The notes: a model not told the origin generated them from the sequence alone. Counted from the first letter of the stretch, positions 28,244 through 38,918 are shown. The stretch is DNA of 64,000 bases from an uncultured Fusobacteriaceae bacterium (GCA_947038515.1 CAMQWJ010000001.1:205580-269579), one strand, 5' to 3'. A program made the numbers and translations.

Positions 28244-30127
28244 TTATTTTATTGAAGGTTTTAAGACCCCTATTATCATTGCAGTTATTACAGAACCCAT
28301 AATCACAGAAAAAAAGTACATCCCTGGATTGGTTATAATAGGCAGTACAAAAATTCCACCATGTGGTGCAGGTAATAAACAACCTAAATATAGTGCCATT
28401 CCCCCAGCAAATGCTGAACCTATTATTGAAGCTGGTATAATTCTCATAGGGTCTGATGCTGCAAACGGTATTGCCCCTTCTGTTATAAATGAAGCTCCCA
28501 TTACATAGCAAATTGCACCTGCCTCTTTTTCTTCCTTTGTAAATTTGTTTTTAAATATCGTTGTTGCCAATGCTATCCCAAGAGGAGGTACCATTCCACC
28601 AGCCATAACAGCCGCATGTGGAGCATAATTTTTAGTAGCAATTGCTGCTATTCCAAAAGTAAACGCTGCTTTATTTATAGGACCACCCATATCTACTGCC
28701 ATCATTCCACCTAATATTATTCCTAAAAATACTAAATTTCCAGTTCCTAAATTTTTCAAAAATTCTGTCATTTCATTATTTAGAAAAGCTACTGGCTCAA
28801 TTATTAGTCCATACATTGCAAGACCTGTAAGAAAAATTCCAAGTAACGGATATATCAGAACAGGCTTCAATCCTTCAAGAGAAGCTGGTAACTTTGAAAA
28901 TACTCTTTTTAATCCTAATACAATGTAACCACCTAGAAAACCTCCTATCAACCCACCTAAAAATCCGCCACCATTATTTGTAGCAATGAGTCCTGCAACC
29001 ATTGCTGGTGCAAATCCTGGTCTGTCTGCTATACTCATCCCAATAAAACCTGCTAATACAGGTACCATTAGGAAGAAAGCATTTCCTCCCCCTATATCCA
29101 TTAACATTTTAGCCAGTGGATTAAAAGTCTCATGCTTGGAGTTTGCAGCTTCGATTCCGAAAATGAAAGAAAGAGCTATTAATATTCCCCCACCCACAAC
29201 AAAAGGTAACATATTAGAAACACCATTCATAAGATGTTTATATATCCCTTTTCTTTCTGATGAAGTCTTAGACTTATTTCCATTCATTTCCCCTTGATAT
29301 ATCGGTGCTTTTTTTTCTAAAGCTCTCAAAATAAGCTCCTCAGGTCTTTTTATTCCATCTTTAACAGGGACTATATCAACATTTTTCCCCTTAAATCTAT
29401 CCATTTCTATTGATGTATCTGCTGCAACAATAATTCCTTTTGCCATTTCAATCTCTTTATCAGATAATTTATTTTTTACACCTGTTGACCCATTTGTCTC
29501 TACTTTTATTTTTATTCCTAAACTTTCAGCTTTTTTTTCTAAAGAACTTGCAGCCATATATGTATGAGCTATTCCTGTTGGACAACCTGTTACAGCTAAA
29601 ATATCATATCCTTCATTGAAATTTATTTCTTTTTTTTCTTCATTTTTATACTCTAATAAAATCTTTAGAACTTCTTCTTTTGTTTTTGCATTTAATAGCT
29701 TCTCTCTAACATCATCTTCTAATAAAATTGTTGTTAATTTTGAAAGTGTTTCTATGTGGGAATCTGTAGCTCCTTCAGGAGCTGCTATCATAAATATCAT
29801 AGTTGTTGGATTTCCATCTAATGATTCAAATTCTATTCCATTTCTTACTCGTCCAAAGGCTATGCTGGGAAATATTACTGTTTTATTCTTCCCATGTGGA
29901 ATAGCAACTCCATCTTCCAAACCTGTTGATGATATTGATTCTCTTTTCAAAATTTCTTCTTTAAAAATTTCTTTATCTTTTATTTTTTTTTCATTAAAAA
30001 GCATTTCTATTAATTCATTAATCGCTTCTTCTTTATTTTGTGCCTTTAAATTAAGGTTGATTAAATTTTCTGTTAACATTTCTTTTAACATTTTAAAATC
30101 CTCTCCTTTTACTTTAAATACTTTCAA
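28244..30127 (-). CDS. fruA: PTS fructose-specific transporter subunit IIABC
   Basis: N-terminal EIIA-2 ('GVAIPHGK'), EIIB-Fru 'AVTGCPTGIAHTYMA', large C-terminal EIIC membrane domain. Confidence 0.85.
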   Translation of the reverse strand: MKVFKVKGEDFKMLKEMLTENLINLNLKAQNKEEAINELIEMLFNEKKIKDKEIFKEEILKRESISSTGLEDGVAIPHGKNKTVIFPSIAFGRVRNGIEFESLDGNPTTMIFMIAAPEGATDSHIETLSKLTTILLEDDVREKLLNAKTKEEVLKILLEYKNEEKKEINFNEGYDILAVTGCPTGIAHTYMAASSLEKKAESLGIKIKVETNGSTGVKNKLSDKEIEMAKGIIVAADTSIEMDRFKGKNVDIVPVKDGIKRPEELILRALEKKAPIYQGEMNGNKSKTSSERKGIYKHLMNGVSNMLPFVVGGGILIALSFIFGIEAANSKHETFNPLAKMLMDIGGGNAFFLMVPVLAGFIGMSIADRPGFAPAMVAGLIATNNGGGFLGGLIGGFLGGYIVLGLKRVFSKLPASLEGLKPVLIYPLLGIFLTGLAMYGLIIEPVAFLNNEMTEFLKNLGTGNLVFLGIILGGMMAVDMGGPINKAAFTFGIAAIATKNYAPHAAVMAGGMVPPLGIALATTIFKNKFTKEEKEAGAICYVMGASFITEGAIPFAASDPMRIIPASIIGSAFAGGMALYLGCLLPAPHGGIFVLPIITNPGMYFFSVIMGSVITAMIIGVLKPSIK

Positions 30128-30276
30128 CTTATATAATTAAAATCAACTCTATTTATTTATACCAAACTAAATAAATATTCCCTCTATATTTTACTATTCC
30201 AATAGTAAAATATAGATAATTAAATTGTAAAAAAACTCTAGTAATCGAAAATTACTAAAGTTTTTTTTAATTATTA

Positions 30277-31008
30277 CTAAAATCCAAACAAATTTTTTAT
30301 TGTAAATAAAAACTCTCCATTTGCAAAAATAATTAATTTATCAAAAGCTAATAAAGTTCCCATAATTACCAGAATAACTCCACTAACTTTATCTGACATT
30401 GCAAATATTCTTCTAAATTTAGTTAATCTATCTAAAAAGAAAGCAAAAAGTAAAAATGGAAGCCCCACTCCTAGAGTAAATATCCAAATATAGAAAATAC
30501 CTTCTTTTATAGTTGTATTTGTTGATAAATAAGAAAAAATTGTAAAAAGAATTGGACCCATACAAGGAACCCATCCAAATCCAAATGTAAATCCAAAAGC
30601 AAAAGAAGTTAAATAATTTTTTCTGACAAACTTTACTTCCATTCTTTTCTCTGAATATAATTTTTTTATTTTAAATACTCCTAAAACATTTAATCCCATT
30701 ATTATTATAAAAATTCCAAAAATAATATTTAATATTTTACTTTCTATAAATAAAGAAGCAAAATTAGTAAACTTAGACAATATTAATTGTAAGATTGAAA
30801 AAGCTGTCCCAAATCCAATTATAAAAAACACTGTATTTGAAATTATCCACCATCTTTTCTTTATATCTATTTCTTCTCCAATTACAACCCCTGAAATATA
30901 AGAAAGATAACTCGGAACAATTGGAATAATACAAGGACTTAAAAACATTCCCAAACCTGCCAAAAAAACAACTATAATACTTAAGCTTTCACCCATATTT
31001 CCCTCCAA
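30277..31008 (-). CDS. ccdA: Cytochrome c biogenesis/thiol-disulfide transporter CcdA (DsbD membrane domain)
   Basis: 243 aa, 6 TM; 'LSPCIIPIVPSYL' and a second conserved Cys 'WVPCMGPIL'. Confidence 0.75.
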   Translation of the reverse strand: MEGNMGESLSIIVVFLAGLGMFLSPCIIPIVPSYLSYISGVVIGEEIDIKKRWWIISNTVFFIIGFGTAFSILQLILSKFTNFASLFIESKILNIIFGIFIIIMGLNVLGVFKIKKLYSEKRMEVKFVRKNYLTSFAFGFTFGFGWVPCMGPILFTIFSYLSTNTTIKEGIFYIWIFTLGVGLPFLLFAFFLDRLTKFRRIFAMSDKVSGVILVIMGTLLAFDKLIIFANGEFLFTIKNLFGF

Positions 31009-31021
31009 AATATTATTCTTT

Positions 31022-31522
31022 TTATTGTATTTGAAGTTTATTTAATTCTTCAATTGTAACTTGATCCCAATTTACAGCTCCTGATATTCTCGCCATGATA
31101 ACACCCTCTTCATCAACAACATATGTTGTCGGAGTCCCACGTACTATAAATTTATTTGCTATTTTTTCATCTTTGTCATGGTAATACTTATACGCTGCAG
31201 GATGTTTTTTCACATACTCATCTATGGATTTTCCACTTCCTCCTATAAAAATAGACACAACATTTAGATCTTTTTTATTATTTTTATAAAAATTACTTAA
31301 TAATGGTCTTTCTTCTGTACAATAAGTACACCAAGTTGTTACAAAACTATAGATTGTTTTTTTTCCTTCTAATTCTTTAGAAGTTATTTTATCTTTTCCA
31401 TCAGTTGAAATTAATGTTATCTCTGGAAATAAATTATTCTTTTGTAATCCATATTTTTTCGTAGTATCCTTTGAAAAACCCACTACTGATAACATCATTA
31501 ACAATATTATTACTTTTTTCAT
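31022..31522 (-). CDS. TlpA/ResA-like thioredoxin-fold thiol-disulfide oxidoreductase
   Basis: Signal peptide; 'WCTYCTEE' CxxC active site. Directly downstream of ccdA. Confidence 0.75.
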   Translation of the reverse strand: MKKVIILLMMLSVVGFSKDTTKKYGLQKNNLFPEITLISTDGKDKITSKELEGKKTIYSFVTTWCTYCTEERPLLSNFYKNNKKDLNVVSIFIGGSGKSIDEYVKKHPAAYKYYHDKDEKIANKFIVRGTPTTYVVDEEGVIMARISGAVNWDQVTIEELNKLQIQ

Positions 31523-31546
31523 TTTTAGCTCCTTTCTATTTAGATA

Positions 31547-32455
31547 TTAAAGTTTTACAATTGGAGTTGCATTTCCTTGAACTGTAGGCATTATACCATT
31601 CCATTTTTTTACTCTCTCATACTCTACCAATTCTTTAGTTAGAGACTTTGAAATTTTTATATTTGATTGTGAAACTGCTTCAGCATTTAATAAAATTCTT
31701 TCTGCCTCTGCTTTGGCCTGAATTATTTTTACATTTCCTTTTCCCTGTTCCTCTATTGCCATTCTTTCAGCTTCGATTACAGCTTTTTCTTTCTCTATTT
31801 TTTGCTTTTCCAATTCCTGCTGTGCATTTACTCTAGCTTGTATCGCATTCTCAGTCTCTGCATCTAGACCTATTCTAGAAAAATTAACAGATTCTATTAT
31901 TATACCATAAGGTTCAAACTGTTTTTGAATATGATTAAATGCTTTTGTGTTCAGCTCGATTCTCTTAGAACCATAAATATCTAAAACATTAAATTTAGAG
32001 GCTACTTCTGATGCCCAAGTTTTTAATTTTCCTCTCATAAATGTATTTTGAATATCTTCACCTGTTCTTCCTCTAAATCTAGTAAAAATAGAAGTTACCA
32101 TTTCAGGATCAAATCTATATGAGTACTCAAGATCTACCGATACCATTTTTCCATCACTTGTTGGCACTAAAAACGAATCATCATCATTACTTCCCTCTTT
32201 TCTATCTTTTGATAAAAAAGCTTGTTCTGTTGAAATAGTATATTCTGTAACTTTATATAACGGATTTATAAAATTCCATCCTTGAGTTAATATTTTTTCT
32301 TTCACTCCACCATTGGGACTATAAACTACTCCTACATATCCTGGACCTATTTTTTTGAAACATACTATTGATAAGAATATAAGAGCAATTGCAATAGCAC
32401 CTGTCACTATCATTGCTTTAGTTATTATTATGGCTTTATTCATTTTAAATTCCAT
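31547..32455 (-). CDS. SPFH/band-7 (prohibitin/HflC-like) family membrane protein
   Basis: N-terminal TM anchor, SPFH domain, C-terminal coiled-coil 'QQELEKQKIEKEKAVIEAERMAIEEQ'. Confidence 0.8.
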   Translation of the reverse strand: MEFKMNKAIIITKAMIVTGAIAIALIFLSIVCFKKIGPGYVGVVYSPNGGVKEKILTQGWNFINPLYKVTEYTISTEQAFLSKDRKEGSNDDDSFLVPTSDGKMVSVDLEYSYRFDPEMVTSIFTRFRGRTGEDIQNTFMRGKLKTWASEVASKFNVLDIYGSKRIELNTKAFNHIQKQFEPYGIIIESVNFSRIGLDAETENAIQARVNAQQELEKQKIEKEKAVIEAERMAIEEQGKGNVKIIQAKAEAERILLNAEAVSQSNIKISKSLTKELVEYERVKKWNGIMPTVQGNATPIVKL

Positions 32456-32717
32456 TTATTCCCCCTTTTACCAACTTTCCTTCTATTTTATCATAATAAT
32501 TTTATGAAAGCAATTGAATTAATATTACAAAATAAAATCTTCTTCATAACTATACATCAATTGTTTTCTTGAATTTCATTGAGTACTTTTAAAAATTCAA
32601 GTTCCACAAAAACCACACAAAACCACATAAAACAAATTAATATTTGACTTTTCTATTTTTATTAACTATACTTAATAAAAGATAGAGTTCTCAGAATTTG
32701 AACTTTAATTACAGGGG

Positions 32718-33995
32718 GTGTTTTTTTTGAAAAAAAATCTAAAAAAAATCTTTACTTTTATTGTATTAATTATTGGTGGGGGTACTATTTTCAAACTTTC
32801 TTCACTAAAAGATGCATTTTATATTCCTATGCAAGAATTCATGGGATTAACACATACCCAAATTGGTTTAGCCTTATCCGTATATGGAGTAGTTCAAACT
32901 TTTGGTAACTTTGCTTCTATTTATATATCTGATCGATTTTCTAAGAAAAAATTAATTCCTCTATCATTAATAAGTATTGGATTTGTTGGTCTATATATGT
33001 CGACATTCCCAAATTATTATGGTATTCTTCTTTCATGGGGTCTATTATCTTTATTTGGTGAAGTTATTTATTGGCCAGTTTTGTTAAAAGCTGTTCGATT
33101 ATTAGGTTCTAGTGATGAGCAAGGACGATTGTTTGGATTTTTAGAAGCTGGTAGAGGTGTTGTAGATACAATAGTTGCATTTTCTGCTCTAGGAATTTTC
33201 TCTCTATTGGGAGAAGGGGCAAATGGATTAAAAGGTGCTATTTTATTTTTTTCTATTACCATTGCATCTGTTGGAGTCCTTTCTTATTTTTTACTAGAGG
33301 ATGATAAAATTATTGATACCAATAGTCAAGGTGAGAAAATAGGAAAAAATAAAATTGCATGGGAAGGAGTAAAAACAGCACTAAAAACAAAAGAAATTTG
33401 GGCAGTTTCATTTACAATCTTCTCAATATACTCTGTTTACTGTGGGCTTACTTATTTTATTCCTTTTTTGAAAGAAATTTATGGAATGCCTGTTGCATTA
33501 GTAGGAGCATACGGAATCATTAATCAATATGGTCTAAAAATGATTGGAGGACCTCTTGGTGGAGTCCTTGTTGATAAAAAATTTAAGTCTTCTACTAAAT
33601 TTTTAAGAATTGCTTTAGCAGTTTCTGCAGTAGCAATGACAATCTTTATTTTTCTTCCACACGAAACTTTCAATACATATTTAGGAATGATTTTAACTTT
33701 AGGATTTGGAGTCATTATTTTTTCAATGAGAGCAGTCTTTTTTGCACCCATTGATGAAATTAAAGTTCCAAAAGAAATTAGTGGTGCAGCAATGTCAATA
33801 GCTTGTATTTTAGGATATTCACCACAAATGTTCGCTTTTACTCTTTATGGTAGTATTCTTGATAAATTTCCTGGTATATTAGGATTTAGAATCGTTTTTT
33901 CCTTTATGGTCGGTTTCTCTTTATTAGGAATTCTTGTTACTACAGTACTCTTAAAAATGATAAAAGCTAAAAACGAAAAAGAAAAATCTATCTAG
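32718..33995 (+). CDS. MFS transporter
   Basis: 12-TM-like 425-aa protein. The start is more likely the TTG at 32727, which has better spacing from the AGGGGG Shine-Dalgarno sequence. Confidence 0.65.
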   Translation: MFFLKKNLKKIFTFIVLIIGGGTIFKLSSLKDAFYIPMQEFMGLTHTQIGLALSVYGVVQTFGNFASIYISDRFSKKKLIPLSLISIGFVGLYMSTFPNYYGILLSWGLLSLFGEVIYWPVLLKAVRLLGSSDEQGRLFGFLEAGRGVVDTIVAFSALGIFSLLGEGANGLKGAILFFSITIASVGVLSYFLLEDDKIIDTNSQGEKIGKNKIAWEGVKTALKTKEIWAVSFTIFSIYSVYCGLTYFIPFLKEIYGMPVALVGAYGIINQYGLKMIGGPLGGVLVDKKFKSSTKFLRIALAVSAVAMTIFIFLPHETFNTYLGMILTLGFGVIIFSMRAVFFAPIDEIKVPKEISGAAMSIACILGYSPQMFAFTLYGSILDKFPGILGFRIVFSFMVGFSLLGILVTTVLLKMIKAKNEKEKSI

Positions 33996-34039
33996 TTCTA
34001 ATTTTATATAAATAAAGTTACTTTAAAATGGGGTGAATT

Positions 34040-35386
34040 ATGGAAAGTCTAGAATTTTTCTTTAAAAATTTAGCTAATCTTATATGGGGAAATTGGTTAT
34101 TAGTAACCCTTATCGGTCTTGGAGCTTATTTTACTATCATTACAAAATTCTTTACTATACTAAAATTGCCTAAAATACTAAAAACTACACTTTATGATTC
34201 ACTACATAAAAAAAATAAAATAGTAGGAAAAGGGACTATTACCCCTTTTCAAGCTTTATGTACTGCTCTTGCAAGTTGTGTTGGAAATGGAAATATTATA
34301 GGAGTTGGTACTGCTATTGTTGGAGGTGGACCAGGAGCTATTTTTTGGATGTGGGTTGCTGGAATTTTAGGTATGGCCACTAAATATGCAGAAATTCTAT
34401 TAGGAATCTATTTTCGTGAAAAAAATGAAAAAGGAGAATATGTAGGTGGTCCTATGTATTATATAGAGAAAGGAATGAAGCTTAAATGGCTTGCCACCCT
34501 CTACTCTTTTTTTATGGTTTTACAAATAAGTGGAGGAAATTTAATTCAATCTAATGCTATTTCAAGTGTTTCACAAAATATTTTTGGTATTCCACCTATC
34601 TTTTCTGGTATTTTTATCGTAATTTGCGTAGGAATAGTAATTGTAGGAGGAATTAAATCTCTTGCCCGTTTTAGTGAAAAATTAGTCCCTAGCATGGCTA
34701 TCATTTATATTATAGGTTCTCTTATTGTTTTATTTTTTAATTTTCATAATATTATACCAGCTTTTAAATCTATATTTGCAGAAGCTTTTAATTTTAAATC
34801 TGGAATAGCTGGAGTTGTTGGCTATAGTATTAGAAATGCTATGAGATATGGAATAGCAAGAGGCCTTTACTCTAATGAAGCTGGTGAAGGTTCTGCACCT
34901 GTTCTGCATTCTGCCGCTATTACTGACCATCCAGTAAGACAAGCATTATTTGGAATAAGTGAAGTCTTTATAGATACTATAGTTATATGTACTTTAACGG
35001 CATTAGTTATCTTATCCTCTGGTGTTCTTAATACTGGACTTCCTTCTGATTTACTTGTAGGAGCAGCTTTTGGAAAAATAAATCCTTTTTTAAAATATTT
35101 AGTCTCTATCTGCATGCTACTTTTTGCGTATTCATCAATTTTAGCACAATGGTATTTTGGTGTAGTTGGAACTACTTACTTATTTGGTAGTGCTATAGCC
35201 CAATATTTCAAATATCCATTTTTATTATTATCAATACTCGGAGCTTTAAGCTCTTTAAAATTAGTTTGGTTTATACAAGATTCAATTCTTGGTTTACTTA
35301 TCATTCCAAATATTATTGCATTAATTTTTTTAGAAAAGATTGTAAGAGAACAAACAAAAGATTTTTTTTATAACTACAAAATGTAA
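34040..35386 (+). CDS. Alanine/glycine:cation symporter (AGCS family)
   Basis: 'GNGNIIGVGTAIVGGGPGAIFWMW' AGCS signature. Confidence 0.85.
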   Translation: MESLEFFFKNLANLIWGNWLLVTLIGLGAYFTIITKFFTILKLPKILKTTLYDSLHKKNKIVGKGTITPFQALCTALASCVGNGNIIGVGTAIVGGGPGAIFWMWVAGILGMATKYAEILLGIYFREKNEKGEYVGGPMYYIEKGMKLKWLATLYSFFMVLQISGGNLIQSNAISSVSQNIFGIPPIFSGIFIVICVGIVIVGGIKSLARFSEKLVPSMAIIYIIGSLIVLFFNFHNIIPAFKSIFAEAFNFKSGIAGVVGYSIRNAMRYGIARGLYSNEAGEGSAPVLHSAAITDHPVRQALFGISEVFIDTIVICTLTALVILSSGVLNTGLPSDLLVGAAFGKINPFLKYLVSICMLLFAYSSILAQWYFGVVGTTYLFGSAIAQYFKYPFLLLSILGALSSLKLVWFIQDSILGLLIIPNIIALIFLEKIVREQTKDFFYNYKM

Positions 35387-35396
35387 GGAGAAAAAT

Positions 35397-36440
35397 ATGA
35401 AAATAGGCATTGAAAGTGAAAGTTATCATTTATTATTCCAAAATAAAAGAATGGATGTCTTTTCTTTTATGGAAAAAGCTGTAGAATTAGGTCTTGATGG
35501 GGTTCAAATAAATATTGTTCCTGATTATAATTTGGACCAACAATGGGGAGCACTTGGCTCTAATAAGCCTGAACATTTAAGAAAAATAAAAGAATACTTG
35601 CAAAAACATAATCTATATGTCGAACTTGACACTAGAAACCTTGAGGTCGACCATCTTAAAGAAGTGATCTTAGTAGCTAATTTTTTAGGTGCAGAAGTCG
35701 TTAGAAGCTATATTCCGGTAAAGAAAAAAGCGAGTTCCTCTAATTTAGCTACCTGTGGGGCTGACGGTATTCATGATTATGCTAAAGTAAAACAAAAATT
35801 TGATATCAGTGTCTATGACGACTCTCTTCAAAATTTATATGAAATTATTCCTTTTCTAAAAAAATATAGAATAAAATTAGCTTTAGAAAATCATGAATAT
35901 GAAACTTCTGAAGAATTAGTTAAGGTTATAAAAAAAATTAATTCACCATGGATAGGATTAAATTTTGATTTTGGTAATTCTATGATGGCTTGGGAAGAAC
36001 CTTTAAAAGCTGCTGAAAATATGCTTCCATTCGCTTACACTACACATTTTAAAGATCATATAATTATAAAAGATGAGAGTGAGGAATGTGGTTTTCTTGT
36101 CTGTGGTGTTCCTTTGGGAGAAGGTAATTTAGAACTTGAAAAAATGTATGTATTGATGTTAGAAAATTCTTCTTTAACAAGAGTAAATCTTGAAACTTGT
36201 TTTCCTTACTGTGCTCAATTTAAAAGAGATATTGGGACAGGTGGAGTTTTTCAAGTGGGGTCTGGTGCTTTCAAAATAGAAAAAGCCCCTTTTAGCCATC
36301 TTCCAATAAAACCACTACAATATTATTACCCACATGAAATTTCTGAGTCTATTTTAGAAGAACTTATTAATCAACAAATACTTGGAGTTGAGAGAAGTGT
36401 CACTTTTATAAAAAATTTAAGAGATAAATATTTAAAATAA
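35397..36440 (+). CDS. Sugar phosphate isomerase/epimerase (xylose isomerase-like TIM barrel) family protein
   Basis: 347 aa; TIM-barrel family pattern ('LALENHEYET', 'FDFGN'). Confidence 0.55.
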   Translation: MKIGIESESYHLLFQNKRMDVFSFMEKAVELGLDGVQINIVPDYNLDQQWGALGSNKPEHLRKIKEYLQKHNLYVELDTRNLEVDHLKEVILVANFLGAEVVRSYIPVKKKASSSNLATCGADGIHDYAKVKQKFDISVYDDSLQNLYEIIPFLKKYRIKLALENHEYETSEELVKVIKKINSPWIGLNFDFGNSMMAWEEPLKAAENMLPFAYTTHFKDHIIIKDESEECGFLVCGVPLGEGNLELEKMYVLMLENSSLTRVNLETCFPYCAQFKRDIGTGGVFQVGSGAFKIEKAPFSHLPIKPLQYYYPHEISESILEELINQQILGVERSVTFIKNLRDKYLK

Positions 36441-36490
36441 CACTTTAACTTATTATATAAATCAACCTATTTATATTGAAGGAGACATAA

Positions 36491-37255
36491 ATGTTTGCTG
36501 AAAAAAGACATCGAGAAATTGTTACTATTTTAGAAAAAGAAACAGTTGTAAAAGTAAAAGAATTATCTATTCTTTTTAATGTCTCTCTTGAAACAATTAG
36601 AAGAGATCTTGAGATTCTTGATAAAAATAAATATTTGAAAAAAGTATATGGTGGAGCAATTTTATTAGAAAAAGATATTTCTAATTTAAAATTTAACGAA
36701 AGAAAAAAAGAAAAAGTTAGTGAAAAAAATGAAATTGCCCAATTGGCAATTAGATACATTGTTGAAAAAGATATTATTACTATCAATGGTGGTACTACTA
36801 ATTTAGAAATAGCAAAACTTCTTAAAAATAAATTTAGTAATCTTACAGTTATTACTAATTCATTATCCATTGCAAATATCTTAGCTGAAGATAACAACAT
36901 AAAACTTTTGTTAATTGGAGGACTTTTTAATCCCAAGGAAAATTCATTCTATGGAAATTTTTCTTATGATATTATAAAGAAATTTAATTCGACAAAAACT
37001 TTTTTAAGTGTTGGTGGAATCGATTTATCCATTGGTATCACTGAATTTATATTGGAAGAAGTAGAAATTCAAAAACTTATGATAAAAAATACTAAACAAA
37101 TTATTGTTGTATCAGACAGTAGTAAATTTGAAAAAACTTCTTTAGTAAAAATAATAGAACTTAATAAAATTGATTTTATTATTACAGATTCTAATTTACC
37201 TCCCTCAATTTATAAAAAATATACTCAAAAAGGGATTAAGATTGTAAATCAATAG
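36491..37255 (+). CDS. DeoR family transcriptional regulator
   Basis: N-terminal HTH 'RHREIVTILEKETVVKVKELSILFNVSLETIRRDL' plus a DeoR C-terminal sugar-binding domain. Confidence 0.8.
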   Translation: MFAEKRHREIVTILEKETVVKVKELSILFNVSLETIRRDLEILDKNKYLKKVYGGAILLEKDISNLKFNERKKEKVSEKNEIAQLAIRYIVEKDIITINGGTTNLEIAKLLKNKFSNLTVITNSLSIANILAEDNNIKLLLIGGLFNPKENSFYGNFSYDIIKKFNSTKTFLSVGGIDLSIGITEFILEEVEIQKLMIKNTKQIIVVSDSSKFEKTSLVKIIELNKIDFIITDSNLPPSIYKKYTQKGIKIVNQ

Positions 37256-37327
37256 AATTTTACTGACAAAAAATATTTTTTAGAGTATAATCTTTCTAAT
37301 AAAACTTAATTTAATTGGAGGTAGAAT

Positions 37328-37861
37328 ATGGCTTTGAAATTTGTAAAACCTAATCTTAAATATATTGATTCATATTTAAATGAACTTATCCAATTGGAAA
37401 AAGAAAATTTTCCTGACTTTATATCTGCTTCTGATATAAAAAAAGATAAAGAAAAATTTATAGAAGATATCAAACTTTGTGAAGGAACAAGATGTTCTGA
37501 GGTCAAACCTTATTTTGTTCCCAGTACCCTATACTGGTTAGTCAATGAAAAAACTAATGAATATCTTGGAAGAGTTTCTATTCGACACTCTTTAGGGAAT
37601 GAACTCTTACAAAAATTTGGTGGTCATATTGGATATGTTGTAGCTATAAAGCATCGACAAAAAGGATATGCTACTAAATTATTAAATTTTGGATTAGAAA
37701 TAGCAAAAGAAAAAGAGTTAGCCGAAATTTTAATAACATGTCGTGAAGATAATCTTATTTCTAAAAAAATTATTGAAAGTGCTAATGCACTCTATATAAA
37801 CTCTCTTTTTTCTGAACAGTCTGGTGTTAATATGTTAAGATACAAAATTATTCTTATTTAA
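37328..37861 (+). CDS. GNAT family N-acetyltransferase
   Basis: Motif A 'IAIKHRQKGYATKLL' (Q/RxxGxA). Confidence 0.7.
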   Translation: MALKFVKPNLKYIDSYLNELIQLEKENFPDFISASDIKKDKEKFIEDIKLCEGTRCSEVKPYFVPSTLYWLVNEKTNEYLGRVSIRHSLGNELLQKFGGHIGYVVAIKHRQKGYATKLLNFGLEIAKEKELAEILITCREDNLISKKIIESANALYINSLFSEQSGVNMLRYKIILI

Positions 37862-37890
37862 ATTTATAAAGTATACAAGGAGAACTTAAA

Positions 37891-38328
37891 ATGAACAAAT
37901 TCTTATTTTTATTATCTTTATTCACTCTATTCCAAGGAGTTTTTGCAACAGGAAATTACCATCAAGAAGTTTTAAATCTTGTTAACAAAGAGAGAACTCG
38001 CCACAATCTAACATCTCTTCATTTAAATAATAAACTTAATAAAGTAGCAAAACTAAAATCTAATGATATGTCAAAAGAAAAATATTTTAGTCATAATTCA
38101 AAAAAATATGGAAGTCCTTTTGATATGATGAAGAAAGAAAAAATCAAATATAAATCTGCTGCTGAAAATATTGCTAAAGGGCAAAAAACTTCTCAGCATG
38201 TTTTTAAATCTTGGATGGAATCTAAAGGACACCGAAAAAACATATTAAATCCTCGATACACAGAAATGGGAGTGGGTAAGGACGATTATCAAGAAAATAT
38301 CTGGACTCAAGTTTTTATTGGGAACTAA
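37891..38328 (+). CDS. Secreted CAP/SCP (PR-1-like, YkwD-type) domain protein
   Basis: Signal peptide. CAP motifs 'HNxxR' ('RTRHNLTSL'), 'GENIA' ('AENIAKG') and 'GHRKNIL..YTEMGVG'. Confidence 0.75.
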   Translation: MNKFLFLLSLFTLFQGVFATGNYHQEVLNLVNKERTRHNLTSLHLNNKLNKVAKLKSNDMSKEKYFSHNSKKYGSPFDMMKKEKIKYKSAAENIAKGQKTSQHVFKSWMESKGHRKNILNPRYTEMGVGKDDYQENIWTQVFIGN

Positions 38329-38365
38329 ACTTATATATCTAAAATAAAAAAACTAGAGAATAATA

Positions 38366-38416
38366 AACTGTAACCATGAAACTGGACACATATAAAAAAG
38401 TGTCTGTTTCATGGTT
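38366..38416. repeat. ~50-bp palindromic element, copy 1 (AAACTGTAACCATGAAAC...GTTTCATGGTT)
   Basis: Hairpin just after the CAP-domain gene. An inverted copy occurs at 39533-39590. Confidence 0.7.
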
Positions 38417-38658
38417 TTTTTTGATATAATTTTTGAAGAAGCTGGTTTAGATGTTAAAATTCTTGAAAAAAGAGAGTAACCGTTGGAGAAAAGCATTTAA
38501 AAAATAAGAGAAATAACAAAAAAAGAACAAGAATATAACAAATTAAATATTATTGAAATAATAGATTTAGAAAAACCTACTCAAAAAATAAAAAAATAAT
38601 AGACTTAAAATTTATTAATATTATAAAAACTAAGTAAAAATATTAATGTGAATAAAAA

Positions 38659-38687
38659 TTGTATTTAATTGGGAAATATAGTATAAT
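38659..38687 (+). promoter_or_regulatory. Sigma-70-like promoter for the Fic toxin-antitoxin module (TTGTAT-N17-TATAAT)
   Basis: Read directly; lies about 40 bp upstream of the antitoxin ATG, which has RBS 'AGGAGTG'. Confidence 0.45.
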
Positions 38688-38723
38688 TAGACTTAAGATA
38701 GAAAGAATTAGGAGTGTGAATTA

Positions 38724-38918
38724 ATGGAAAAATTGAACTCAAAAATAATAATAAGTAAAGTCAAGATAACTATGAGTATAGAAGGTTTTTCAATTAAAAA
38801 AGAACAGATTAAAATTTTGAAAAATATAATCGAACAAAAGAGTGATTCTAATTCTATAATTGAAGAACGAAAAAAAATGTTATTGAATAAAAAGGAAAAA
38901 ATATGGTATGCGATGTAA
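38724..38918 (+). CDS. VbhA-like anti-Fic antitoxin (inhibitory [S/T]xxxE[G/N] motif)
   Basis: 64 aa. 'KITMSIEGFS' contains T-M-S-I-E-G, which equals TxxxEG. Overlaps the Fic start by 16 nt. Confidence 0.55.
   Translation: MEKLNSKIIISKVKITMSIEGFSIKKEQIKILKNIIEQKSDSNSIIEERKKMLLNKKEKIWYAM

Noticed and set aside
27256-30127. Possibility that fruA-fruK is a horizontally acquired island lacking fruR
   Set aside because: The gene order fruA-fruK with a shared bidirectional terminator looks like an ordinary sugar operon, and a DeoR-family regulator exists nearby (36491-37255). There is no evidence of mobility.
38420-38720. Possible small RNA or additional tiny ORF in the 300-bp AT-rich spacer upstream of the Fic toxin-antitoxin module
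   Set aside because: Only very short ORFs (<15 codons) occur, and no convincing structure beyond the promoter. The spacer is probably just the toxin-antitoxin leader/promoter region.
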